Source: Eubacterium sp.
GTDB lineage: Bacteria > Bacillota > Clostridia > Oscillospirales > Acutalibacteraceae
Direction: 5' to 3'
NCBI GenBank assembly: GCA_014465955.1
Contig: JACTVT010000003.1
Span: 3,213-67,212 of the forward strand
Length of the DNA: 64,000 nucleotides
The position numbers were made by a program, and so were the translations under genes. This document shows, piece by piece, positions 49,769 through 59,966 of the stretch (position 1 is its first letter; each line of letters starts with the position of its first letter). Below the pieces are notes generated by a model. It made no database searches. It saw only the letters and a program-made list of their open reading frames with translations, and was not told where the DNA came from.

Positions 49769-51055
49769 TTGGAAAATTTTGTTATTCAGGGCGGTAAAGA
49801 ACTGTTTGGCGAAGTTAATATCAGCGGTGCAAAAAATGCAGCCGTTGCCATTATTCCTGCCGCAATTCTTTCAGATGATATTGTCAGAATAGAAAATATC
49901 CCTAATATATCAGATGTTTCGCTTATTATTAAAATACTTGACAGTATGGGCGCAGGCATAAAAATGATTAATAGAGACACGATTGAGATTGATTCAAGGT
50001 CTATTAATTATCAGAGCGTACCTTATGAACTTGCTTCCTGTTTCAGGGCAAGTTATTACCTTATCGGCGTAATGCTCGGCAGATTCAAGCAGACTGAGGT
50101 CGCTATGCCCGGCGGCTGTAATTTCGGTGTTCGCCCCATTGACCAGCATATAAAAGGCTTTGAAATGCTCGGTGCAACTGTTGATGTTGTAAACGGTATG
50201 GTCTGCGCAAAGGCAGATAAATTGGTCGGCTCGTCAATTTATATGGATGTTGTTTCGGTAGGCGCTACAATTAATGTTATGCTCGCCGCAGTTCTGGCAA
50301 GAGGTCTTACTGTTATTGAAAATGCCGCAAAAGAGCCGCATATTGTTGATTTGGCAAACTTCCTTAATTCAATGGGCGCTGATGTAAGAGGTGCAGGAAC
50401 GGATGTTATTAAAATCCGCGGTGTTGAAAAGATGCACGGCTGCACATATTCAATTATTCCCGATCAGATAGAAGCAGGCACTTATATGGTTGCTGCTGCG
50501 GCTTGCGGCGGTGACGTGCTTATTAAAAATGTTATTCCAAAGCACCTTGAGTCTATCAGTGCAAAATTGGAAGAGGCGGGCGCAGAGATTATTGAGTATG
50601 ACGATGCCGTTCGCGTGACCCGTTTTAAACCGCTCACAAAATGCAATGTTAAAACGATGCCTCATCCCGGCTTTCCTACTGATATGCAGCCGCAGATGGC
50701 AGTGCTGCTTTCGGTTGCAAAGGGCACTTCGATTCTCTCTGAATCTGTATGGGATAATCGTTTTCAGTATGTAGGTCAACTTTCACGAATGGGCGCTAAT
50801 ATTCAGGTAGACGGCAAGATTGCCGTTATTGAGGGCGTTGAAAGGCTTACAGGCGTTAAGGTTAAAGCAACTGATTTGCGTGCAGGTGCGGCAATGCTTA
50901 TCGCAGGTATGATTGCCAATGGTGAAACCACGGTAGAAAATATTCAGTATATTGACCGTGGTTATGAAAATGTTGTTGAAAAACTGACTGCTCTCGGCGC
51001 TGATATCAAGCGTGTCCAGGTGCAGGAAACGATTGAGGCAATCAACGCAGGTTAA
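49769..51055 (+). CDS. murA: UDP-N-acetylglucosamine 1-carboxyvinyltransferase
   Basis: SGAKNA, PGGCNFGVRPID, SVGAT, PGFPTDMQ, TDLRAGA; TTG start after GAGG. Confidence 0.96.
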   Translation: MENFVIQGGKELFGEVNISGAKNAAVAIIPAAILSDDIVRIENIPNISDVSLIIKILDSMGAGIKMINRDTIEIDSRSINYQSVPYELASCFRASYYLIGVMLGRFKQTEVAMPGGCNFGVRPIDQHIKGFEMLGATVDVVNGMVCAKADKLVGSSIYMDVVSVGATINVMLAAVLARGLTVIENAAKEPHIVDLANFLNSMGADVRGAGTDVIKIRGVEKMHGCTYSIIPDQIEAGTYMVAAAACGGDVLIKNVIPKHLESISAKLEEAGAEIIEYDDAVRVTRFKPLTKCNVKTMPHPGFPTDMQPQMAVLLSVAKGTSILSESVWDNRFQYVGQLSRMGANIQVDGKIAVIEGVERLTGVKVKATDLRAGAAMLIAGMIANGETTVENIQYIDRGYENVVEKLTALGADIKRVQVQETIEAINAG

Positions 51056-51073
51056 AATTATATAAAGAATCTC

Positions 51074-51100
51074 TTAGGGGAGGGTCTCTGTGCCCTCCCG
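51074..51100 (+). repeat. REP hairpin (TTAG variant)
   Basis: TTAGGGGAGGGTCTCTGTGCCCTCCCG. Confidence 0.8.
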
Positions 51101-51133
51101 TTTTTAAATATTTTTGTGGAAATGGATAATATT

Positions 51134-51925
51134 ATGGCTAAAGTTTGTCAGTTATTTTCAGGCAGCAGCGGAAATTCAATTTATATTGGCAATAATGAAA
51201 ATGGCTTTCTTGTGGATATAGGCGTTTCTGCCAAAAGGTGCGAGCAAGGACTGCGCAATATCGGCGTGGAGCCGAGTTCTGTTAAGGCAGTTTTTGTAAC
51301 GCATGAGCATAAAGACCACGTGGGCGGTGTGCGTGTTTTTGCATCACGATATAAAATCCCCGTGTTTGCCTGCCCCGAATGTCTTGAAGAATTAAGATTT
51401 ACAGGCGTTCTTAATAATACGGTAAGTTCTTTTGAAATAAAAAACGTGCTCGATTTTGAAGGAACGATTGTAGAAAGATTTTATAATTCGCACGACTCTG
51501 TTGCCTGTGTGGGATATAAGTTTACTCTTCCCGAGGGCAGAAAAATTGCAGTCTGCACGGATACAGGTTACATAACAGATGAGGCGAGGGCGGCACTTGT
51601 CGGTTCAACCGATTTGGTTTTTCTTGAGGCAAATCACGAAATTTCAATGCTTGAAAACGGCGGTTATCCTTATATTCTGAAAAAAAGAATTCTTTCGCCA
51701 AACGGTCATTTGTCAAATTACGCCTGCGGTGAATTTGCCAAAGAACTTGTAAAAAACGGCACGACACGCCTGGTTTTAAGCCATTTAAGCCGTGAAAACA
51801 ATATGCCTGATCTGGCAAGCGGGGCAGTTTTGTCTGCACTTTCCGAAATCAAGGCAAAGGAAAATGTTGATTTTAGACTGTATGTGTCAAAACCTGAAAA
51901 CGATGGGGGAGCGCTTTTTTTATGA
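51134..51925 (+). CDS. MBL-fold metallo-hydrolase, YycJ/WalJ-like
   Basis: SGSSGN, THEHKDH, SHD, TDTG, EANH, GHLSN, HLSRENN; upstream of rlmH. Confidence 0.88.
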   Translation: MAKVCQLFSGSSGNSIYIGNNENGFLVDIGVSAKRCEQGLRNIGVEPSSVKAVFVTHEHKDHVGGVRVFASRYKIPVFACPECLEELRFTGVLNNTVSSFEIKNVLDFEGTIVERFYNSHDSVACVGYKFTLPEGRKIAVCTDTGYITDEARAALVGSTDLVFLEANHEISMLENGGYPYILKKRILSPNGHLSNYACGEFAKELVKNGTTRLVLSHLSRENNMPDLASGAVLSALSEIKAKENVDFRLYVSKPENDGGALFL

Positions 51926-52401
51926 TAAATGTTACGGTTGTCTGTGTCGGTAAACTGAAAGAAAGTTATTTGCGTGACGGCTGTGCCGAGTATATTAAAA
52001 GGCTGTCCGCTTTTTCAAAAATAAATGTTGTCGAGGTTGCAGAGGAGAGGGCAGGCGATAACCCGTCCGATGCCGAAATACGTAATATAATAGAAAAGGA
52101 AGGCGAGCGTATTATTGCAAAGATTCCAAAGGGCAGTTTTGTTATACCTATGTGCATTGAGGGCGCGCAGTTTTCGTCACCCGATTTTTCAAGGGAAATT
52201 GAAAAAATCAGTATGAATTATTCGGGAATAACTTTTATTATCGGCGGTTCGTTCGGGCTTTCGGATGAAGTGAAGTCACTCGGTAAACTTAAACTCTCGT
52301 TCGGCAAATTAACCCTTCCGCACCAACTTGCCCGCATGGTTCTCCTCGAGCAAATCTACCGTGCTTTTTCAATTTCAAATCATTCAAAGTATCATAAATA
52401 A
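51922..52401 (+). CDS. rlmH: 23S rRNA m3Psi1915 methyltransferase
   Basis: VGKLKE, FIIGGSFG, LPHQLARMVLLEQIYRA, YHK. Confidence 0.96.
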   Translation: MINVTVVCVGKLKESYLRDGCAEYIKRLSAFSKINVVEVAEERAGDNPSDAEIRNIIEKEGERIIAKIPKGSFVIPMCIEGAQFSSPDFSREIEKISMNYSGITFIIGGSFGLSDEVKSLGKLKLSFGKLTLPHQLARMVLLEQIYRAFSISNHSKYHK

Positions 52402-52412
52402 ATCATATAAAA

Positions 52413-52592
52413 CGGGCAATTCGTGAATTGCCCCTATGAAGTATTAATAACATTTTCGTAGGGACGGATATTATCCGCCCGCAACGTTGGTGTAACAATA
52501 TAACGGGCAGGCACAGAGACCTGCACTTACTATGCTGGAAATAGCGTTATTGTTTTGAATAAATCGTAAGGGAGGGCTTCTGTGCCCTCCCG
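52413..52592. repeat. Cluster of four REP hairpins in alternating orientation (52413-52437 -, 52458-52481 +, 52504-52530 -, 52566-52592 +)
   Basis: GTAGGGACGGATATTATCCGCCCG and ATAG/GTAA variants. Confidence 0.8.
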
Positions 52593-52601
52593 TTGTTTTT
52601 A

Positions 52602-54422
52602 TCATATAAACTCTACATTATTATCTTTTATCCAATAATAAATCTGCACGATGTAGGCGAGCACCTGCGGGCCTCGCATCAGCTGGCCGTACCACGGGGC
52701 ATCAAGTGCGTCGGGGTTTTCCATAAGTTCGTTTATCTTTGCAAGGTTCAGCATATCGTAAAGCGGACTCGTTTTATCGCTTAAAACCTCTCTTGTCATT
52801 TCGCACACCCGTTTGAAGTAAATCGGGTTGTGCGTTTTCGGATAAGGACTTTTTTTGCGCCATGTTATCTCATCGGGCAGTTCGGTTTCAAATGCTTTTC
52901 TCAGAATGCCTTTTTCCCTGCCGTCAAGTGATTTGAATTTCCACGGCATATTGTAGGCGTATTCAACGATTCTGTAATCGCAGAACGGCACACGCACTTC
53001 AAGCGAACTTTCCATACTCATAACATCTTTTCTGACAAGCAGGGTCTGCATAAACCAATCCATATTCAGCACAAACATTTCACGCATACGCTTTTCTTCT
53101 CGGCTGTCGCTTTCAAGAAAAGATGCTTTTGATACGGTTTTTAGGTATTTTTCGTGTGCATAATCAGCGCCGTTTGGCAGTAATCCGTCTTTAAGTATGC
53201 TTTGGCGCACGTCGGTTGATCTGCTCCACGGGAAGGTTTCCTCAAACAAAATATCCTTGTTGTGATACCACGGATAACCGCCGAAAATTTCGTCTGCACA
53301 TTCGCCTGAAAGGGCAACGGTGTGACTTTTTTTGATTTCTTTGCAAAACAGCAGCAGGGAGGAGTCAACATCCGTAAATCCCGGCAGAGAGCGTGCATAC
53401 GTGCTTTCAATCAGTGCATCGGCAACGTTTTTGTTGTCAAGCATAATATTTGTATGGTGACTGCCGATTGCACCCGAAATCAGGTCTATGAAATCACTGT
53501 CTTTATTCGGCTGAAAAAGGCTTGATTTAAAATATTTATCGTTGTCGATATAGTCAACGGAAAACGTATCAAGTGTTCTGTTGTTCGCTTTTGCCTCGTC
53601 ACTCGCAATTTTGCTGATGATTGATGAATCAAGCCCGCCGCTCAGAAATGTGCAAAGCGGTACATCGCACACAAGTTGGCGTTTGATTGCATCGCTTACA
53701 AGAAAATGCGTGTGGCAGATTGTTTCTTCAAGATTTTCGGTGTGCTCTTTTGCCTCAAGCGACCAGTATTCGTGAATGGCTGTTCTGCCGTCTTTGAATT
53801 TAAGCCAGCAGGCGGGCGGCAGTTCTTTTATATCTTTAAAAACTGCGCTGCCGATTGTTTTTGCAGGTCCGAGCATAAAGATTTCATTCAGTCCGTTTTC
53901 ATCAACCTGCGGCTTGATTTCGGGGATAAGTAGCAGGCTTTTGATTCTGCTTGCAAATGCAAACATACCTTTTAACTGACTGTAATAAAGCGGTTTAACA
54001 CCGATTCTGTCACGGCAGAGATACAGTTCTTTGTCTTCGTTATCCCAGATTGCATAGGCAAAAATGCCGTTGAGTATTTCAAAGGATTTTTCTTTCCATT
54101 TGTGAAATGCTTTTAAAATTACTTCGGTGTCGCAATGAGTGTCAAAGGTGTAGCCGATGCTTTTAAGTTTCCGCCTGATTTCGTCGGTGTTGTAAATTTC
54201 ACCGTTGTAGCAGATTGTGTATTTGCCGAATGTCATCGGCTGAGCGCCGTTTTCCAGGTCGATAACAGACAAACGGCGGTGGATAAGGGCAATGTCGTCT
54301 GTGATGAATTCGCCCCTTGCATCGGGACCTCTCATTTTCAGACTTTCGCTTATGTTCTCAAGTACAGTCCGCCTTTTCGGCGAATTTATGTTATTTGATA
54401 ATATTCCTGCAATACCGCACAT
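52602..54422 (-). CDS. asnB: Asparagine synthase (glutamine-hydrolysing), AsnO-like
   Basis: MCGIAG, RGPD, HRRLSVID, YNGEIYN, LSGGLDSS, LSGECADE, RKKSPYP. Confidence 0.95.
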   Translation of the reverse strand: MCGIAGILSNNINSPKRRTVLENISESLKMRGPDARGEFITDDIALIHRRLSVIDLENGAQPMTFGKYTICYNGEIYNTDEIRRKLKSIGYTFDTHCDTEVILKAFHKWKEKSFEILNGIFAYAIWDNEDKELYLCRDRIGVKPLYYSQLKGMFAFASRIKSLLLIPEIKPQVDENGLNEIFMLGPAKTIGSAVFKDIKELPPACWLKFKDGRTAIHEYWSLEAKEHTENLEETICHTHFLVSDAIKRQLVCDVPLCTFLSGGLDSSIISKIASDEAKANNRTLDTFSVDYIDNDKYFKSSLFQPNKDSDFIDLISGAIGSHHTNIMLDNKNVADALIESTYARSLPGFTDVDSSLLLFCKEIKKSHTVALSGECADEIFGGYPWYHNKDILFEETFPWSRSTDVRQSILKDGLLPNGADYAHEKYLKTVSKASFLESDSREEKRMREMFVLNMDWFMQTLLVRKDVMSMESSLEVRVPFCDYRIVEYAYNMPWKFKSLDGREKGILRKAFETELPDEITWRKKSPYPKTHNPIYFKRVCEMTREVLSDKTSPLYDMLNLAKINELMENPDALDAPWYGQLMRGPQVLAYIVQIYYWIKDNNVEFI

Positions 54423-54441
54423 ATAAGTTCACCTCATCACT

Positions 54442-54472
54442 ATTATATGCAGTAAAAAAATTTAGTTAATGA
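54442..54472 (-). promoter_or_regulatory. Sigma-E/K-like sporulation promoter of asnO
   Basis: TCATT-18 nt-CATATAAT upstream of the GAGGTG RBS. Confidence 0.45.
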
Positions 54473-54533
54473 ATTTGAAAAAATACTTGACTTCGGTTGC
54501 TTGATATGCTATATTATTAGAGCGTTAAGAAAC

Positions 54534-54609
54534 GCTGGTGTAGCTCAGTTGGTAGAGCAGCTGATTTGTAATCAGCAGGTCAGGGGTTCGAGTCCGTTCA
54601 CCAGCTCCA
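54534..54609 (+). tRNA. tRNA-Thr(TGT)
   Basis: 76-nt cloverleaf, anticodon arm GCTGA-TTTGTAA-TCAGC, GTTCGA T-loop, CCA end. Confidence 0.97.
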
Positions 54610-54614
54610 TTAAT

Positions 54615-54700
54615 GGAAGAGTTCCCGAGCGGCCAAAGGGAACAGACTGTAAATCTGTCGCTATTCAGCTTCGGTGGTTCGAATCCACCCTCTTCCACCA
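54615..54700 (+). tRNA. tRNA-Tyr(GTA)
   Basis: 86 nt with long variable arm, ACAGA-CTGTAAA-TCTGT, CCA end. Confidence 0.97.
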
Positions 54701-54905
54701 GCAGAAACCGAGTACCTTTTTGGGTATTCGGTTTTTGTTTTGTAAGAAAAATATGTTAGCGGGTGGATTCGAACCACGAAATTATCAATGCGACGGCTTG
54801 CGTCAGCAAGCGAACTTCGAGCGAAGCTCGAGCCCACCCTCTTCCACCAGCAGAAACCGAGTACCTTTTTGGTATTCGGTTTTTGTTTTGTAAGAAAAAT
54901 ATGTT
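54685..54905 (+). repeat. Direct duplication of the tRNA-Tyr 3' end plus terminator, separated by an inverted tRNA fragment
   Basis: 54685-54757 equals 54834-54905 except for one G; 54761-54780 is antisense to the T-arm. Confidence 0.9.
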
Positions 54906-55018
54906 GGGTGTATTTGATTATGCAGTTATAAAATTTATAATTGATTAAAAGGTTGTTTTCTGTTACAATAATAAAAAATTCAGGGTTATTTGAAAATCTT
55001 GCTTTACGGGAATATGCC

Positions 55019-55552
55019 ATGCTGTCTTTATTATTAACTTATGTTGCAGATAAAAATGATGAAGAAGAATTCGTTTGTCTTTATGAAAAGTATAAAAATT
55101 ATATTTATAAATTGTGTTTTGATTTGGTGCATGACCATTATCTTGCAGAGGACTGCCTGCAGGAAACTTTTACGGTAGCAGCAAAAAATTTTGATAAAAT
55201 CAGGGAAATTGATTCAAAAAGAACAAAAAATTTTTTAATCACTGTAGCAAAATGCGTTTCAATGAAAGTTTATAATAAAAATGTTGCAAACGAAGAAGTG
55301 TTTTTTGAGGACAATGAAGCGATTATGCCTATGAGGCAGTCAGCGGAAGATGAAATGTTCAGCAGATATTCAACTCAGGAAATTTTTGATGCTATTGAAA
55401 ATCTTGATGAAAATTTAAAGTTGCCGCTTATTCTTAAAGACCTTTATCATTTTAAGCATAATGATATTGCATCCATTCTCGGCGTAAGTCCGCAGACTGC
55501 CAGAAAAAGACTGGCAAGAGCAAAAGAGGAGATACGAAAAAAGATGAAATAG
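55019..55552 (+). CDS. ECF sigma-70 factor
   Basis: LYEKYK, LAEDCLQETF, DIASILGVSPQTARKRLARAK. Confidence 0.88.
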   Translation: MLSLLLTYVADKNDEEEFVCLYEKYKNYIYKLCFDLVHDHYLAEDCLQETFTVAAKNFDKIREIDSKRTKNFLITVAKCVSMKVYNKNVANEEVFFEDNEAIMPMRQSAEDEMFSRYSTQEIFDAIENLDENLKLPLILKDLYHFKHNDIASILGVSPQTARKRLARAKEEIRKKMK

Positions 55553-55760
55553 CAAGTCTTTATTTTAATCCGGATTTTGTAAATGATAAAAAAGCATTCG
55601 ATATTGATAAAAGGCTTTAAAAGAATGTTAAAAAATGAACCAAGTATAAAAAATGGCTTAACCACGGGAAATTTTAGAAATTTGTGTTATGCAAAATTGC
55701 ACATATTTTTTCTGTGATTGAGCCTTATTTTATACTGTTTGACAAAATTTCGTTAATTTA

Positions 55761-55789
55761 TTGACAATCGCGTTTTTTGAATGTATTAT
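55761..55789 (+). promoter_or_regulatory. Sigma-A promoter of the thl operon
   Basis: TTGACA-17 nt-TATTAT. Confidence 0.75.
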
Positions 55790-55810
55790 ATTCACACAAG
55801 TAAAATAATA

Positions 55811-55828
55811 ATGTAATATATTTTACAT
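55811..55828. promoter_or_regulatory. Rex-like operator
   Basis: 18-bp palindrome ATGTAA-TATATT-TTACAT between the promoter and the thl RBS. Confidence 0.55.
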
Positions 55829-55854
55829 TAAATAAAATTGAGAGGTAATTTATT

Positions 55855-57036
55855 ATGTCTAAGAAAATCGTTCTTGCAGGCGCATGCCGTACAGCAATCG
55901 GCACAATGGGCGGAACACTCAGCACAACAAGTGCAGTGGATCTCGGCACAATCGTTATCAAAGAGGCTCTTAACAGAGCAGGCGTTCCTGCCGATGCAGT
56001 TGACCATGTTTATATGGGCTGTGTAATTCAGGCAGGTCAGGGTCAGAATGTTGCCCGTCAGGCTTCCATCAAAGCAGGTCTTCCTATCGAAACTCCTGCC
56101 GTTACAATCAATGTTGTCTGCGGTTCAGGTCTTAACTGCGTAAATATGGCTGCTCAGATGATACAGGCAGGCGATGCCGATATCGTTGTTGCAGGCGGTA
56201 TGGAAAATATGAGCATGGCTCCTTATGCTTTAAAGCAGGGCCGTTACGGTTATCGTATGGGCAATGCTCCTATGATTGATACAATGGTAAACGACGCACT
56301 CTGGGATGCTTTTAATGATTATCATATGGGTATCACAGCAGAGAACGTTTGTGAAAAATACGGTATTACACGTGAAGAACTTGACGAGTTTGCTGCTAAC
56401 AGTCAGCAGAAGGCTGAAAAGGCAATCGCAGAAGGCAAGTTTAAGGACGAAATCGTTCCTGTTGAAGTTAAGAGAAAGAAAGATACTATCGTATTTGATA
56501 CCGACGAAGGTCCTCGTGCAGGCACAACAGCAGAAGGTCTTGCAAGACTTCGCCCTGCATTCAAGAAAGACGGTATTGTTACTGCAGGTAACTCATCAGG
56601 TATTAACGACGGTGCTGCTGCTATCGTTGTTATGAGTGAAGAAAAGGCGAAGGAACTCGGCGTTAAGCCAATGGCTACATGGGTTTCAGGTGCTCTCGGC
56701 GGTGTTGATCCGTCAATTATGGGTGTTGGCCCTGTTGCATCAACAAAGAAAGTTCTTGCTAAAACAGGTATGACTATTGATGATATGGATTTAATTGAGG
56801 CTAACGAGGCTTTTGCTGCTCAGTCTATTGCAGTAGGCAGAGACCTTGAATTTGACCTTGATAAGCTTAATGTAAACGGCGGTGCAATTGCACTCGGTCA
56901 CCCTGTTGGCGCATCAGGCTGCCGTATTCTTGTTACACTTCTTCATGAAATGGAAAAGAGAGACGCTAAAACAGGTCTTGCTACTCTTTGCATCGGCGGC
57001 GGTATGGGCTGCTCAACAATTGTTAAGAGAGATTAA
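55855..57036 (+). CDS. thlA: Acetyl-CoA acetyltransferase (thiolase)
   Basis: [26 protein letters not shown]. Confidence 0.96.
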   Translation: MSKKIVLAGACRTAIGTMGGTLSTTSAVDLGTIVIKEALNRAGVPADAVDHVYMGCVIQAGQGQNVARQASIKAGLPIETPAVTINVVCGSGLNCVNMAAQMIQAGDADIVVAGGMENMSMAPYALKQGRYGYRMGNAPMIDTMVNDALWDAFNDYHMGITAENVCEKYGITREELDEFAANSQQKAEKAIAEGKFKDEIVPVEVKRKKDTIVFDTDEGPRAGTTAEGLARLRPAFKKDGIVTAGNSSGINDGAAAIVVMSEEKAKELGVKPMATWVSGALGGVDPSIMGVGPVASTKKVLAKTGMTIDDMDLIEANEAFAAQSIAVGRDLEFDLDKLNVNGGAIALGHPVGASGCRILVTLLHEMEKRDAKTGLATLCIGGGMGCSTIVKRD

Positions 57037-57052
57037 TTTTTGAGGTATCGCA

Positions 57053-57838
57053 ATGGAATTTATTAATTATGAGGTTGAGGGCGCAGTTGCAGTTTTGACT
57101 ATTAACCGCCCGAAGGCACTGAATGCTTTAAACAGTGCCGTTCTTGATGAAATCAATGAAGCAATTGACGCAATTGGTCTTGATACTGTTCGTGCACTTA
57201 TTCTTACGGGTGCAGGCGAAAAATCATTTGTTGCAGGCGCAGATATCGGAGAAATGAGCACTTTGACAAAGGCTGAAGGAGAGGCTTTCGGCAAAAAGGG
57301 CAACGATGTTTTCAGAAAAATTGAAACTCTGCCGATTCCCGTAATCTGTGCAATCAACGGCTTTGCACTCGGTGGCGGCTGTGAAATTTCAATGGCTTGC
57401 GACATCAGAATTTGTTCAGAAAATGCAGTTTTCGGTCAGCCTGAGGTTGGACTCGGTATTACACCGGGCTTCGGCGGCACTCAAAGACTTGCAAGAACAG
57501 TCGGCATCGGTATGGCTAAGCAGTTAATTTTTACAGGCAGAAATATCAAAGCACCTGAGGCTTTAAGAATCGGTCTTGTAAACGCAGTTTACCCTGCCGA
57601 AGAACTTATGCCTGCTGCAAAGAAAATGGCTTCAATTATTGCAGGCAATGCTCCTATTGCAGTTCGCAACTGCAAAAAGGCTATTAATGACGGCTTACAG
57701 GTTGGCATCGATGAAGCAATCGTTATTGAAGAAAAACTCTTCGGCGACTGCTTTGAAACAGAAGATCAAAAATACGGAATGGCATTTTTCCTTGACAGAA
57801 ACAAAGATAAGGTTAAAGAGCCGTTCCAGAATAAATAA
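57053..57838 (+). CDS. crt: Crotonase (3-hydroxybutyryl-CoA dehydratase)
   Basis: RPKALNAL, FVAGADI, LGGGCE, FGQPEVGLG. Confidence 0.93.
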   Translation: MEFINYEVEGAVAVLTINRPKALNALNSAVLDEINEAIDAIGLDTVRALILTGAGEKSFVAGADIGEMSTLTKAEGEAFGKKGNDVFRKIETLPIPVICAINGFALGGGCEISMACDIRICSENAVFGQPEVGLGITPGFGGTQRLARTVGIGMAKQLIFTGRNIKAPEALRIGLVNAVYPAEELMPAAKKMASIIAGNAPIAVRNCKKAINDGLQVGIDEAIVIEEKLFGDCFETEDQKYGMAFFLDRNKDKVKEPFQNK

Positions 57839-57859
57839 TTACAGACGGAGGATATACGA

Positions 57860-58699
57860 ATGAAAGTAGGAATTATCGGTGCAGGAACAATGGGTTCCGG
57901 TATTGCACAGGCTTTTGCACAGGTTGACGGCTACGAAGTAGCACTTTGCGATATCAATGACGAATTTGCTGCAAACGGCAAGGCAAAAATCGCAAAGGGT
58001 TTTGAAAAAAGAATTGCTAAGGGCAAGATGGAACAGGCAAAGGCTGACGCTATCCTTGCTAAAATCACAACAGGTACAAAGGAAATCTGCACTGACTGTG
58101 ATTTGATTGTTGAGGCTGCTCTTGAAGTTATGGATGTTAAAAAGCAGACTTTCAAGGAACTTCAGGAGATTGTTAAGGCTGACTGTATGTTTGCTACAAA
58201 CACATCTTCACTTTCAATCACAGAAATCGGCGCAGGACTTGACAGACCGCTTATCGGTATGCATTTCTTCAATCCTGCTCCTGTTATGAAACTTGTTGAG
58301 GTTATCGCAGGCGCTAACACTCCTGCCGATATGGTTGCAAAAATTAAGGGCATTGCTGAAGAAATAGGCAAAGTTCCTGTTGAAGTAAATGAGGCTCCCG
58401 GTTTTGTTGTAAACAGAATTCTTATCCCGCTTATCAACGAGGGTATTACTGTTTATGAAATGGGTATTGCAAGTGTTGAAGATATTGACACTGCTATGAA
58501 ACTCGGTGCAAATCATCCGATGGGTCCGCTTGAACTCGGTGACTATATCGGTCTTGATATTGTACTTGCAATTATGGAAGTTATCTATGCTGAAACAGGC
58601 GATCCTAAATACCGCCCTGCAACTCTTCTTAAAAAGATGGTTCGTGCAGGCAAACTCGGCCGCAAAACAGGCGTAGGCTTTTACGATTACAGAAAGTAA
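57860..58699 (+). CDS. hbd: 3-hydroxybutyryl-CoA dehydrogenase
   Basis: GAGTMG, TNTSSLS, MHFFNP, PGFVVNR, NHPMGP. Confidence 0.95.
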   Translation: MKVGIIGAGTMGSGIAQAFAQVDGYEVALCDINDEFAANGKAKIAKGFEKRIAKGKMEQAKADAILAKITTGTKEICTDCDLIVEAALEVMDVKKQTFKELQEIVKADCMFATNTSSLSITEIGAGLDRPLIGMHFFNPAPVMKLVEVIAGANTPADMVAKIKGIAEEIGKVPVEVNEAPGFVVNRILIPLINEGITVYEMGIASVEDIDTAMKLGANHPMGPLELGDYIGLDIVLAIMEVIYAETGDPKYRPATLLKKMVRAGKLGRKTGVGFYDYRK

Positions 58700-58718
58700 T
58701 TAATATTTATTGCATACC

Positions 58719-58742
58719 GTAGGGGCGGATATTATCCGCCCG
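58719..58742 (+). repeat. GTAG-REP hairpin inside the butyryl-CoA operon
   Basis: GTAG-GGGCGGATA-T-TATCCGCCC-G. Confidence 0.85.
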
Positions 58743-58796
58743 TATCTTATGTATTTACGGTGTTATGAAATACATTTTACACGGAGGATATTATAA

Positions 58797-59951
58797 ATGG
58801 ATTTTACATTAAGTAAAGAACACGAAATGGCTAAAAAGCTGTTCAGTGATTTTGCTGAAAATGAAGTAAAGCCTCTTGCAATTGAAACAGATGAAACAGA
58901 GCAGTTCCCGCAGGAAACAGTTTCAAAAATGCAGAAAATCGGCTTTATGGGTATTCCGATTCCTAAGGAATACGGCGGTCAGGGATGTGACCCGTTAACC
59001 TATGTTATGTGCGTTGAAGAACTTTCAAAGGTTTGTGCTACAACAGGCGTTATCGTTTCTGCACATACATCTCTTTGCTGTGACCCGATTCTTACTTACG
59101 GTACAGAAGAACAGAAACAGAAATATTTAAAACCGCTTGCAAGCGGCGAAATGCTCGGCGCATTTGCTTTAACAGAGCCGGGCGCAGGCACAGATGCTCA
59201 GGGTGCACAGACAAAGGCAGTTCTTGACGGTGACGAGTGGGTTCTTAACGGCTCAAAGTGCTTTATTACAAACGGTAAGGTAGCAGATATTTATATCGTT
59301 ATCGCCGTAACAGATATTGTTGAAGATAAAAGAGGCAGAAAGAAAAAGTTATTCAGTGCTTTCATCGTTCCTAAAACTGCTCCGGGTTTTGAATTCGGCA
59401 CAAAGGAAAAGAAAATGGGTATCCGCGGTTCATCAACTTATGAACTTATTTTCCAGGACTGCAGAATTCCTAAGGAAAATATTCTCGGACCTCAGGGTAA
59501 GGGCTTCGGTATTGCTATGCATACGCTTGACGGCGGACGTATCGGTATTGCCGCTCAGGCGCTCGGTATTGCAGAGGGTGCTCTTGACCGTGCAGTTGAA
59601 TATGTTAAGGAAAGAAAGCAGTTCGGCAGATCCATCAGTGCATTCCAGAACACACAGTTCCAGTTAGCAAATATGGCTACAAAGGTAGAGGCTGCCAAAA
59701 TGCTTGTTTACAAGGCTGCTATGGCAAAGGCAAATCAGAAAGTTTATTCTGTAGAGGCTGCCAAGGCTAAACTTTATGCAGCAGAAGTTGCTATGGATGT
59801 TACAACAAAGGCAGTTCAACTTCTCGGCGGTTATGGTTATATTCGTGAATATGAAGTTGAAAGAATGATGAGAGACGCTAAGATTACCGAGATTTACGAG
59901 GGCACATCAGAGGTTCAGCGTATGGTAATCAGCGGTGATTTATTGAAGTAA
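58797..59951 (+). CDS. bcd: Butyryl-CoA dehydrogenase
   Basis: ALTEPGAGTD, GSKCFITNG, LDGGRIG, RKQFG, IYEGTSE. Confidence 0.95.
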   Translation: MDFTLSKEHEMAKKLFSDFAENEVKPLAIETDETEQFPQETVSKMQKIGFMGIPIPKEYGGQGCDPLTYVMCVEELSKVCATTGVIVSAHTSLCCDPILTYGTEEQKQKYLKPLASGEMLGAFALTEPGAGTDAQGAQTKAVLDGDEWVLNGSKCFITNGKVADIYIVIAVTDIVEDKRGRKKKLFSAFIVPKTAPGFEFGTKEKKMGIRGSSTYELIFQDCRIPKENILGPQGKGFGIAMHTLDGGRIGIAAQALGIAEGALDRAVEYVKERKQFGRSISAFQNTQFQLANMATKVEAAKMLVYKAAMAKANQKVYSVEAAKAKLYAAEVAMDVTTKAVQLLGGYGYIREYEVERMMRDAKITEIYEGTSEVQRMVISGDLLK

Positions 59952-59966
59952 GGAGGGTTAAATATA

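Noticed and set aside
52384..52401. rlmH 3' end as an occupied integration site
   Set aside because: No recombinase follows and no second copy of the TATCATAAATAA end was noticed; the site looks empty apart from REPs.
52413..52592. REP clusters as a CRISPR array
   Set aside because: Units differ in sequence and orientation, spacing is irregular, and no cas genes are present.
54501..55020. ORFs 54501-54893, 54661-55020 and 54763-54948
   Set aside because: They overlap two tRNAs and the repeat and have no protein motifs.
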